A stretch of 64,000 nt of DNA from Orbicella franksi (lineage: Eukaryota), in NCBI GenBank assembly GCA_964199315.1, contig OZ116700.1, forward strand, positions 4,898,001 through 4,962,000, in the 5' to 3' direction. Positions 34,401-47,400 of this stretch are shown here, in pieces. How positions within the stretch are numbered: position 1 is the first letter of the stretch; each line of letters begins with the position of its first letter. A program made the position numbers and the translations under genes. The notes under the pieces were generated by a model, which had not been told where the DNA came from, made no database searches, and worked only from the letters and a program-made list of their open reading frames with translations.

Positions 34401-35421
34401 ATTAAAATCTAATGTTTTCATTTTTTTTCTTATTTAATATTTTTTCAGGTGGCTCGGTGGTGTCACCTAAAAGTACAAACTCTTTGAGTATCGCTGCACA
34501 GCTGTTGGATGTGTCACCTGAAGAGTTAAAGATGTCATTAACCACAAGAATGATGTCAGCTGGAGGGTCTCACATGAGGTCTGCTCAACATCAACACCAA
34601 ATATTGTCTGTATCATTTTAATTTGCTTTTAACCATTGACCACTAATCAAAATTAACACCGTAATCCATTAATCCATAATACAATATTAAACACATTTTA
34701 GAATGCTAGGTACCAGTTATTACCTCAGCACTATTGATGTTTACAATTTTCAAATCTACATGTAATAAATTGTACATACAGTAAATGTAAGTTTTGCTTG
34801 CCTAACATTGTAAGTAATGCTTTAGCCATCAAAATAATTCACCTAGCTAGAAGCTATCGTTTCATCCTTTCACTACATACTACAATATTGTAACATAAAC
34901 CCTCGTGGGTTTCAGCAGTAATCAATGTAAATAATATTGTGCTTGTTTATTAATTCTGTCACTGATGAGAATTAATACATTAATCTTAATTCAAATTGAA
35001 ATAGTTTAATGTACATTTAACTCACACAATTTCTAGTTATTTAAGGCTTACTCTAACAGGTTTTTGCTGTTGTTTGTTTTTTGCAGAGTGCCGCTGAAAC
35101 CAGAACAGGCTTGTGCTGCCCGAGATGCTTTGGCAAAAGCTCTTTACACCAAGCTGTTTGACCATATTGTCAGCCAGATTAACCAGTGCTTTCCTTTTAA
35201 GAATTCTTTCACTTTCATTGGTGTGTTGGACATTGCTGGCTTTGGTGAGTTTATTTAGTGATGTTGTCATCCCTTAATTTTTAGCCTTCTTAAATGATGT
35301 GATTGACTGAAAGCTATGTACAGTTTACTTTTAATTGTAATTTTAGCTTTTTGGCCTTTTTATTCCGTTTTTAATGTTGTCATGCGCATTTGAACATTTT
35401 ATGAAATTTGCACATTATAAA

Positions 35422-35466
<45 letters not shown>

Positions 35467-38400
35467 AGCCCCAAAATAATGCACACGCAAGAACTTCTTT
35501 TTTGCATCTCCAAGGCGGCAACTTCTTGTGGCTACTTGCAAGTCATCTGCGCAAAAATTTAGCAGGCGCACGAACCTCATCATACTGCAGGGGAATGTCT
35601 GCCCCTCTGGTCTGATTCAGCTCAGTCCACAAGCATATTAATAAAGCTCAATTTTGTTTACCTAGTCTGAGTTGCAGGAAATGTACATTTGTGAATGTTC
35701 TGAAAGTGCAGATGTTAAGTGAAACATTGATGTCTGTGGGCTAGCCCGTCCAGTTCTTCAAATATCATCAGCTAGCAGCAGTGTACTACTGCATAGGACT
35801 GTGGAGCAGTGCTAATGATTGTTTTCCTTTTGTACAGAATATTATGAATTCAACAGCTTTGAACAGTTTTGCATCAATTACTGCAATGAGAAACTCCAAC
35901 AGCTTTTTAATGATAGGATTCTTAAACAAGTAAGTTTAGATATAAACAAGATATTGCAAGGTCATGAATTATTAGATGCCAGGTGGTACCTTGACCAGTC
36001 TACATGTGTTCGCACACAGCATCGTCATTGTCATTATCATCGTTAGTATCGTCATCATCAAAGTAACCTTCGTCATTTTCATCATCGTCATCCCCATTTC
36101 TTTTTCGATACATTGCTGTTTTATTTGAAGTTTTGTTTGCCTGGAAGTGTAATGCAGTTTTTTCTCTCTTGTGCTAATAACAGGAGCAAGAGCTCTATGA
36201 CAAGGAAGGTCTGGGAGTCAAAACTGTTACATATGTTGACAATCAAGACTGCATTGGTGAGTTTACGCTCCAACAAGTACAACACTCTCACTTTCCCACT
36301 TGCACCCAGCTCATTGTTTTACCCACACCCACTTCTATCCAGGTCATTGTTACCCACCCTTACCCAGTTTCACCCAGGTCATTGTGTTACCCACCACCCA
36401 CCCCCCCCCCCCCACCACCACCCCACTTCCACCCAAGTCATTGTGTTACTCTCCACTTCCTCCCCGGTAATTGTGTTACTCTTCACTTCCACCTAGGTCA
36501 TTGTTTTACCCACAACTACTTCCATCCAAGTCATTGTGTTACTCTCCACTTCCTCCACGGTCATTGTGTTACTGTCCACTTCCACCTAGGTCATTGTTTT
36601 ACCCACACCCACTTCCATCCAAGTCATTGTGTTACTCTCCACTTCCTCCACGGTCATTGTGTTACTGTCCACTTCCACCTAGGTCATTGTTTTACCCACA
36701 ACTACTTCCATCCAAGTCATTGTTACCCACCCTCCCCCACTTCCACCCAGGTCATTGTGTTACCCACCTACTTCTGCCCAGATCATTGTGCTACACTGTG
36801 TTGTGTTCTTAAGGAAGACAGTTTTAATTACTCTTGCACTATCATAGTGCCTCTCTGTAAGGTTAACCAACAAAAGGAATCTAGAATGGACTACATGTAG
36901 CAACCCATGCAAGGGGATTGCACTGTACACAGAACTTTTAATTGCCACTTACTGTGATATGGAAGGTCTGGGTCACTTCCATAGATGAAAATAAATACTG
37001 TGGGATACCAATTAAACTAGATAAATTAAACTAAGTACTCTGAAGAAGGCAGCAACGGCAAAAACTTTCTATATTTAGTATCAGGGTCAACGAATACTAT
37101 TTCAGGCCTTCAGTTAGTAGGGGAGCAGCACATGGAAAACAGAATTTGTAGAAGTAGGAAATTCCTTGGGATTTTTTTTTAGTGTTTCTTCTTTCACTGT
37201 TCTCCCTGCTTATCCTGTTTCTCATGCTGCTCTCCACCTAACTGAATGGTTACTTTGCCTGTTCTCCCTGCTTATCCTGTTTCTCATGCTGCTCTCCACC
37301 TAACTGAATGGTTACTTTGCACCAAGTGTCTTTTGCTGTCAGATCTAGAGAGTCCGTTGTGTGGTCCATCCGAATTACACTTCTATTGTTTTACAAAATA
37401 AATAAGGATTACAATGTCCGTCAACTGCACCAATGCATTGCAGATCTGATTGAAGCCAAAAAGACAGGAATCATAGACATTCTGGATGAAGAGAGCAAAC
37501 TCCCTAAACCAACAGCAGAACACTTCACTCGGGAACTTCATCAGAAACACAAAAACCACTTCAGATTGGCGGTAAGTATTTGCTTCTGCGACTCCATACA
37601 TGAGAATGTGTGATTTGTTGGGAGAATCTATTAGTGGACAATTTTCTGTATTGTTATCACCTTATTGTGTAACAATATTGTTAAATATTGTCAGGACAAA
37701 TTGGATGTTGAAGCCCTAACTACATCTTCTGCCCGGTAATATTTCATAAAAGAACAAAGCCTTCACTTAAAACATAGATGAATTCTCAGTAGATGAATGA
37801 GTTGTGTTTATGAACAAACCTAGAAAGGTTGTAAATCAAACTATTCATAACTTTGTTTTAATACCAGATGGCCATTTTCTTGTCTCTCATTTCAGCTCCC
37901 GAGAAAGTCTCATTTAATCTACCACAAGAAAATGAGAGATGATGAGGGATTTCTTATTAGACATTTCGCCGGAGCCGTCTGCTATCAGACAGTAAGTTGA
38001 CCATTCTACAGTTTCTGGTTCTGATCTCAAAGTCCTTCGCTTACTGCTCCCAGTTAAAATTTTACCGCAGTAAATGTTAAATACAAAATTATATACAACT
38101 GGAAAATTGTTAGCTGTCAAGAATCTCCACTAGGATTTACAAGCACTCCGGTATCCGGTTTGTAAGCAGTATGACTTACATGTACGGTGTTGTGCTATAG
38201 TAATGCAAGCAACACTCGACGAATTGTGTTTTTTGTCCCTGCGATTTTTCAGCGTAATTTCTTGAAATTTCACAACGGAAAGGTGACGCTTTTTGGGTGG
38301 AACGTAACAAAAAAGTAACGATTTTTTCGCTGACAGTAACGAAAATTCGATCACTTGAAAATTCCGACAGACGAAAAAGCGGACTACTTTAGCGAAAATT

Positions 38401-41400
38401 TGATTTAATTGAAATCTCCTGCAAACGAAACAAAACGTACAAAATCTCAGACAGTACTTCCCTGCTCTCTCTCCCCGTGAGCGGGCTTTGTAACACTTAG
38501 CAGCTGTTTCTGGGAAGCAGAGACTCAGTGGGATTCTGCTGTTGCACTGTTTTTACTTACTCCCGACATTCTATGATGGTTGTTTCACAGGCGGAGTTTA
38601 TAGAGAAAGACAATGATGCTTTACACAAAGATCTTGAAGAACTGATACAGGACAGCAAGGATGCTTTCCTAAAGAGCCTGTTCCCGGGCGTGGCAACCAA
38701 AAAGAATGACATCGGTTCAATGTCATTTGGAAATGCCATCAACAGGGTCGGCAGCAAGAAACTGGGATTTATCAGCGTTGGAAACAAGTTCAGGGTAATC
38801 TTGTTTATACCACAGTTTGAATTGTTTTCTTGTGTTTGAGACGTGCAGGACACTGGGTACAAGAAGAAGAAATTGGGGGGCCTTGACCTTCGGGCAAGCT
38901 CTAACTACAGAATGTGTGATGTACTAGCCCGAAAATTATTCTTACCAGACCCCCAAAGCTCGTCTCTTACAGTACTCTTGTAATTTGAATTTCCTCCAAA
39001 AGTTTGCCAAGAAACTTCACTTGCCCATTGGGAAGTGACGGACAAAATCCACCAGCCCGACTGGAACATTTACCGTAGCCCGGGTTATTGAACAGGACTT
39101 TCTTTGCATACTGCGGAGATGTTACATTGTACTAAACTCGGAAATGGGATAAGAGTAATGGTGTTAGGGTTAAGATTAAGAAAAAGGTATTGGTAGGGTA
39201 GGGGGTGAGGGTTACGGTTTAAGTCTTTTCCTTTCCCAAACCTACTCTTACATGTACCCTTAAGCCTTAAGCCTAATCTTACCTTACCTTACCTTATTCC
39301 CTGTCTCAGCAACATCTGATCTGCACATTTTACATGTGCGGCCAATTGAGTTAACTTATATTTTCTGTCAACAGACACAGCTGAATCAACTGATGGAAAA
39401 ACTCGGCAACACTGTACGTGAAAACCTTTTAAAAGTTTTAAATGTTTAAAATGTTGCGTTAGTTTTAAATCAGGCGTCATTTAATATATCTGGGGGATCT
39501 TTGGCCAATTGACTGGTTACGACGTTGGTGTTGTAATCCGCAGTTCCGAGCCGGATTTGTTCTTGGTAGTCTCCAGATCAACTCTTGATCGTCGCTTTTT
39601 AAATACCCAACTGTCGGCCCTCCGTCAATAAGAATGCTTCAAATGTCACATTCGAAGTTCAACATACTTGTGTTTTTTTTGTGTGTGTGTGACTGCGTGG
39701 CATTCTCTGGCCGTAGTTTTGAGGTAGTTGTGACTGCTATAATCAAGCATAATTTTCATGAACATCTTAAACGAGAAACACCGGGAACGAAATTTTGAGA
39801 TTTACATGTAGTCAGGAACAAGACGCTTACCAAAGGAATTTAATGTGGTAAAAGATAGCGCCTTATATCTAACTCTTGTTGTTTACCAGGGTGCAAGTTT
39901 CATTCGATGCATCAAACCGAACGGAAAAATGTGTGCTCGGGATTTTGAAGGCGGCTCCATCTTGAGTCAGTTGGAATGCGCGGGCATGGTGTCTGTTTTG
40001 AATTTGATGCAGGATGGCTGGCCATCCAGGGCGCCCTTCAAAGATCTCTATCAAATGTGAGTGGAAAGCTGTGCAAGTAAAACAAAGAACTGAAGTGATT
40101 TGTTGAGTTGTGTTGTGTCGTGTAGAGTACAGGTAGCAGACGCTGGTTTCATGGTTACTCGAGAAAGGGAGTAAAAGAAACCTCTTCTACATGGTATTAA
40201 GGTTCTTTTTCGGTTGGCATAGATGATTTTACCTTTCAGCTTTGCGAAAGCAGTAGAAATGTGTCTCTGTAGCATTAATTGTGTTAATTACTTAGTTGGT
40301 GAAAATTTGCAAGTGAAGTGGCGAGAACTTGAAGATAGATAGTCCGTGACTCAGGTTCCTCTCAAAATATCCAAACCGTGTAGAAAATCCAGCATAACGT
40401 AAATTTACAGGAAGAAGCCTGCATTGTAAGTTTGTTCACCAGGGGAGCAATGAGTTGAAATTGCTTACGAGCCTTAAAGGAGCTCAGTCGCAATATTTAG
40501 AGTTGTTTTGGCCACGTACAAAATTACCTTTAAATTGAAGGAAACCTGAAAATAATAGTTTACTAAGACAGAAAAACACGAAGGAGATAATAATAAACTA
40601 TAAAGGAACAAGGATGTTTAGGGATGGAGAAGATTGACACGGATTACAAACAACTAATTTGAACAATTTTATGCTAAACTTTTCAAAATGTACAAACCGT
40701 GACGTAAAATTATAGGCTTTGCCATTGGACATTGGAGAGAACTTGACGCCACTAGTTTTGTCTTCAGCGCTGGCGCTAGAATGGACTGTTATAATCTGAT
40801 GCTGTCATGCTTTTGTTTTGGTTTCAGGTACAAAGACTATTTACCTCCTCGACTTGCACGACTCGATCCAAGAATGTTTTGCAAGGTCATCATTGAAGTT
40901 CCTGTTGTTTTGGCTTTTTGTTCCTTGGCTAGTTCTTTAACTTTAATAATTACTTTGTTGTTGTTGTTGTTTTTTTTTAGGCGCTGTTTCACGCCCTTGG
41001 TATGGATGACAAAGATTACAAGTTTGGTCTTTCCAAGATCTTTTTCCGGCCTGGCAAGGTTAGTGTAGAAAAAAAACACTGTTACGACGGGAATTACGTT
41101 TCTCTGAGCTCTTCTTGCATGCATGTTAGTGCAACGTTAAACATTGCCTGCAGTGGACTCTCGACACCTTTGTTGAAACAAGCTTTGAAGGTTTGACTTA
41201 TGTGAATTAAGGCGAGTGAAAAGCAGGACGGAGGGAGATGGGGCGAAAAGAGGAGTAACATACTCTTTTCAGGGAGTGCGCGGGACTCCGGATCGAGTGG
41301 TCCGGGTTCGAGCGCTGGCTAGGGATATTGTGTTGTGTTCTCAGGCAAGATACTTTACTCTCACAGTGCCTCTCTTCACCCAGGTGTATAAATGGGTACC

Positions 41401-44400
41401 GGGGAATTTTGGGGGCGACCTGACAGAATGCAGTGGAGTAACTTGCGATGGATTAACATCCCATTAGGGGGAAGTAGTAATACTCCTAGCCGCTTCATGC
41501 TACAGAAACCGGAGTTAAGTGCCAAGGGTTAAGGACCAGTTGGGTTTAAGAGACGTTGCTTTTTTTACTATGGAGAAGAGGGCAGGTTACATGCTGGGCG
41601 ACAGATGGCAATTGTGGTACTTAATATGTCTCTTTTTTTCATCGAAAGTTTGCAGAGTTTGATGAGATCATGCATTCTGACCCTGAGAGCCTGAAAAACA
41701 TCATTTCGAAAGTTCTTACCTGGTTGATCAGAACACGGTGGAGACGAGCCATCTGGGGAACACTGTCCGTCATTAAATGTAAGAGTGGATCACTACAAGT
41801 TCTTATTTAGGCCTTTAGTTCATAACCTACGGAACACTGAAGAATCATTGTCAGTAAAATTTCTGGAGCCAGTAGTTCAGTTTGGAAACCGCTTGCTGCG
41901 TTTTTTCGTAGAAGAGTAAGAATCGCAAAGTCATCGATGCATCTGAAAATGTCCCTTGTTTCTGTTGCCGTAAGTGGAAAAACAACAAAACAATAACAAC
42001 AAGCGCGGGGAGGAAACGACGTTTCAGTGCCATCCTTGGACCATTTTCAAGTTGAATGTAACACAATAAAAAATTGAATTTATGCTGAAGTTGAGGTCAT
42101 AAAAGAAAATGTTTCGAGACTAAAATAATTGTTCATTGCTAATCTATTTGTTTAGTGGTTTGCACGCATGTACAGTAATTATCATTATGCTTCAGAATAT
42201 CGCACCTTTATGAACACTAAACAATTATTTTAGTCTTATATATTCTATTTTGTACTCTCAATATCAGTTAAAAATGTCGCCAGGATAACACAGAAATGTC
42301 GCTCCCTGTTTCTGCCTGCGAGCTGGCTCTTCTCGCAGGCTAAAGATATTGTAGAACAAGAGGGAATGCTTTTTCAGTCTGAGCAAGGAATTTCCTCTAG
42401 TTGTTGTTAAGTGTTTTTAACTGTGTTCATTTTTTCATTTCAGTGATGAAGAAGATTGAATTCCGGGCAACAGCAATTATTCGTATTCAGAAAACTGTTA
42501 AAATGTTTTTGGCGATCTGTCGCCACAAACCTCGGTAGGTATCTTCAAAAGTGATAGGAGAGAGATAAAGCACCACAACCGTGGTCAACGACGCAAATAA
42601 TTTTGCTGTTGATTATGTTTGTCTTTTCATAAAGTAGCAAATTCATATGTCAGAAAAAAACAAAAGCTAAAAACCGCCACGTTCACAACATGTGCGAAGC
42701 CATTCCTCGTTTCGTGGCGACATATACCAGCTGTTAGACATGTGATTTTGCCTTTCTCAGAAAAAAACAAACAAACAAACAAAACGCGCTGCTTGCAATT
42801 TGTCTTGCACCGAAACAAAAAGCATTCCATCTCGGATTTAGTGTCTTTGCTACTTTTGTTGATAGCCATTTAGTCACATCTAATTTATGATATCTATTTT
42901 TTTCCCTAACAGTTCATGCTTGTAACTCGTTTCAATTTTTTAAACTCTTTTTATATAACTATTTCAACTACTAGACATTAGTTTTTTTTAACTCTATTTT
43001 TATAACTATTTTAAACTATTAGACATTTTATATTTTTAGAAATTGTATTTAGCAGGGCCCCTCTGGATACCAGCCACTGTGCTGAATGGGCCACCCTGCA
43101 TAAATAAAGTTTTACCTACCTACCTACCTACCTACCACATTTCCCTTTATGTCGTTCAAGTTGGGTGTTTTTGGGAATTTGACGTCGCTCTTTCACTTGG
43201 TTATAGTTATCAAGGCGTCATCAAAATCCGAAGACTACAGGTTCAACTTGATACCTTGGGAAAGTTGGGTAAGATGCAATTATTCGCTAGTTATCTAATC
43301 ATAGTTTTTGCCGATGGTTTTCAAACTAAGCATAGGTATAGGTTACTGTGTTATCGATTACAAACTGTAATAATATACCCTCAGTAGCAATCAGTCCGCG
43401 GTTTCGGCCAGTTGCATGTTTCCTCGCACTTATCACTGCACGCTAAACATTTTCCCGCACTCGCCACAGGGACTGTGGGAACACACTTTCAAACCCTTGC
43501 CAGTGGTTACATGTTTTCTTGCCCTTGCACTGGTTACACAGTTTCCCGCGCTTGCCGCCTGTTATATAATATCCCGCGCTTGCTACGCCACCGGTTACAC
43601 AATTTCCGGTGCTCACCATCGGTAAGCGTTTTCCCGCGCTTTTAGCAAGTGGCATATTTTGCTTTTAAGTATTGACTGGTTGATTATTACAGGGATCTCT
43701 TTTTTGTAACCGTTTTTCGCAGCCATGTGTATTAAAATGCCCTCAGGCTTGTACATTCTCTGATAGATCCTACTTACACATTTTCTTCTCCTGTTAGTGG
43801 GATCGCTGAAGAAAGACCAAAACGTGCTGGCTAAAAATGTAGAAGGACTAAAAAGAGCCATCGACGATGCTGTTATTAAAGTCAAGGTACAACACCAGCA
43901 AAGTGGGCCATTTGGCAAACTTTAATAAGATAGCTTTGTGTCTGCTTAATGGCTACCTTTCCATTGATACATATGGCACTGTCACTAATGCATGGCAATG
44001 AGCACTCTCTAAAACAGTAATTGTTTCTTCTCTACTGCAGAACACTCTGATGAAGCGAGACGCTATCGATGCAATGTACTTCGATCTTGTCGGGAAATTG
44101 AACAAACAATTGAAGGAAGTGGAACAGCGAGTAGAACAGCAGAAGATCGAAGAAGAACAAGAAAGGCTACGAAAAATACAAGAACAAATGGAACTGGAGA
44201 GAAAGAGAAGAGAAGAAGAGGAACGGAAGAGAAAGCAAGAAGAAGAGGAGAGAAAATTGTAAGTAAATGGCGGTTACTATGCACTTTCAACCGGCCTCGG
44301 CCATTTTCGTTTGGCTCGTCACGCAATCACTACAACACAAACGAATGGCAGGAGATAGAAGAGGGATTGTTCGTGACTAAACCAAAGGATAAACGGAACT

Positions 44401-47400
44401 TTACAGGTTACACAGCACGTTTTTAGGAGAAAGATACTTGTACATGCATGTGCAAGTTAACATCATTTTTGTATTTTGTAACTCATAGCAAAGGTGGAAA
44501 TAATTTTGTAGGGTGTTAAAGTGACTAGTGTCACAGATGTTTACTGATTGTGACCCACTAATTATGGACTTCTTACTTTTTTGGTACACAGGAGAATGGA
44601 AATGGAGGCGAGACGGAAACTGGAAGAGGAAGAACAGCTCAAACGGGAAGAAGAAGAAAGAAAGAGAAGAGAACGAGAAGAGGCTGACAGACAGGTCCAG
44701 GTGGGCAGACAGATAGAAAGTCGCCAGTGGGCAGGCAGGCAGGCAGGCAGGCAGACAGAGAGACAGACAGAGAGACAGACATGACTGCAGGCAGCCAGGA
44801 AGTGAAGGAAGGCATGAAAACAGCGAGTCAATAAAACACTTCGTAAATTATTAACTCGGAATTGAGAAAGGTAAATTTTGATAGTGGATTTGGGAAACCT
44901 GACGCTTTGAGAGTTAGCCCTTCTTTGGAGCAAAAATCTGTAAGACAGTCAGTGAGTACAGTCAGTGAGTCAGTCAGACTAAGAGACAGACAGACAACCC
45001 CAGGGACAACCAGACAGAAGGACTGGCAGACAGACAGACGGACAGACATATCGGCCGACAGACTGGCAGACAGAGTCAGTGGCAGACAGACGGAACGACA
45101 GATAAATGGGTCGGTGACCAGTCAGTCAGGCGGATAGACTAAACAAGACTAGCTTGCCACTCTCCTCCTCCCATTCACATGTTTGCCCAAGTTTGAAATC
45201 CTAGTTGTTTCTCAAGATCGGACAGCTCGCCTACAACATGTCAATGGATACGTTTCTATCGATCCATTTTAGGCTTTAAAGGCTAAAGAAGAGCAAGCTG
45301 CGAGAGAAGAGGAACAGCGAAGGTGAGTCTCGATTTTGATCACGTCATAACTACGATAAGAACAAAACTTGGCACACGGAATATTTACCAGTACAGCAGT
45401 GCACCTTGTAGAGTGATCATTGCTGACCTCATTATTTACATTTTTTCCTCACTTACATACGACTTTGCACAGAGAAGGCATCGTGCTATGTACGAATTGA
45501 CTCCAAACATTTGAAGAGCTTGTGAAACTTAGTTGCTGAAGTTTTTAGCTCTTTGAGTGAGTGTAATATTCAGGGAGAAATTGGCTTTCAAAAACTGCAA
45601 AATGTCTGGATGCCCAAAGCACTAATTAATAAGCTCAAACACTGTTTGTAAAATGTTGAGGTTTTTAACCCGGGTCATACAAAAAGTGTTCAATACACTG
45701 GGCTCAAAAATGTTGCAACAGTATGCCCTTTCAACATTCAGAACTGATGTTTCTCTAGTTTGATGAGAAATTGAATCACCGTTATGCTACTGCGGCAAAT
45801 ATTGTAAACAAAGAGTCCCTAATAAGTAGTCTGCAAAGCAATTGCGTCAAAGGCCAGTGAAAACAGGCACCACGAGTATAAATAGGAAAAGTCAAAACTG
45901 ATAAGATATATTTACATCGGTTGAAAGCTAAAACAATGGTTTGTATTCAAACAGTACAATAATTATTAATCGATCACCGATCACTGCTGAGTTCAAATAC
46001 TTGTATTCGTTCCCAGACTAGCCATGACTGAACAGGAGCGCAGGGACCGGGAACTAGCCTTAAGACTTGCACAGGACCCTGATGCTGTGGACACAGAAGC
46101 GGCGCAACAGGTCCCCCAGTCACCAATTCAGAGGTAAGCTGACAACTTTATCTGTATCAATAGACCCTTTTAAGGGTTTTTTTTTTCGCCACGTTCCAGT
46201 GTAGTATTCATGCCTTATAAGGGCTCCAACATTGACATTTCAAGACCCGAATGCAAGCTTGAGGAGTAGTATATGAGGGAATGCGATTGCACTGTTACAG
46301 GAATTGCACGAAGCCGGATGGCTTCCTAGCTCCGACAGACAAAGTCTGTTGAAACCAAAACACTTCGCTTAGAGGAACAAACTTAGTGGTTGTAGGAGGA
46401 TAACGGAATGTCAATTAGCTTCTTCAGAATTAACAGTTTTGTAAAGTGCAAAATATGATTTGTAGACCTCATATACAAAACTGGCATGATTCTCGGTCAG
46501 GTCGAGGTCGCTCCGCCGCTCTTACTTCGTCCTCTCCCAAGGAAAAGGATCTTACTGATCTAATTTAGCGGAACATAGCTGTGTGGGAAGCGTGTTGTCG
46601 ATTTTCGAAGTTTTTAATATTTATTTTTGAAAACATTCCTCGCAAAATTCAGCAAGGTTGTTCAAAAAAATGTATGCGTTATCGCTGCAGGGTCTATAAG
46701 CCTCAAAAGAGACAACTTTGCCTCAACACTGAATATCTATCTTCTTGCCAAATCCTGTCGATGCCTGTTTGCACCAGAATCTACGTTTTGCGCTAAAATT
46801 AGAATCCTCCATTTTTGTGCAGAGCGACACCAAACCGAGAGAAAAAGAAGCACGACTTAACGTCGTGGAAATACGCGGAGTTACGTGACACTATTAACAC
46901 TTCATGCGGTGAGTTTTATAATCCCCTGTCTTCCCCTCTGAGTATGTAGGAAATTCTGTTTAAGTAGGCTAAGTACTCCGTCAGTTCCATGGCTGTTACT
47001 GAGTACCCCATTTTTTTGAGGACAAGAATGCTGTTACCCTCGAAGGACCCTGTTTCGGGAAGAGTTGTAAAGTCGACTAAATTAAGGCTTTAAGACACAC
47101 TACTTAGGCCGGTTCCGATTAAAATTAACTATCGAAATATAAATGAAATAGTCAAAAATATATATATCATGTGGTTAAGGAGTGCTCACGGTCAAAATGA
47201 GCCGAAAAAGAGTAGAAAAATAACTTTGTATGAGTACGTAGTTCAGATGTTCTTTTGTATCTGTTCATTCACTCTGCCACTGCCCCAGTGCAAGAGCTCC
47301 CATAAATCTCGTGATCTAACCTCGTTAGCTGGCTTTTTTTCCCCCAGATATTGAGCTTTTGGAAGCTTGCCGACAGGAATTCCATCGCCGACTCAAGGTA

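Noticed and set aside
34955-35005. Hammerhead ribozyme at CTGATGA
   Set aside because: A stem follows, but no GAAA directly after it and no stem III.
36382-36900. His/Pro/Cys-rich protein ORFs
   Set aside because: Open frames produced by a stop-poor minisatellite inside a MYO6 intron.
44562-45137. ORFs over the GACA/GGCA tracts and antisense to the SAH exon
   Set aside because: Low-complexity artefacts of microsatellite and E/R/K-rich codons.
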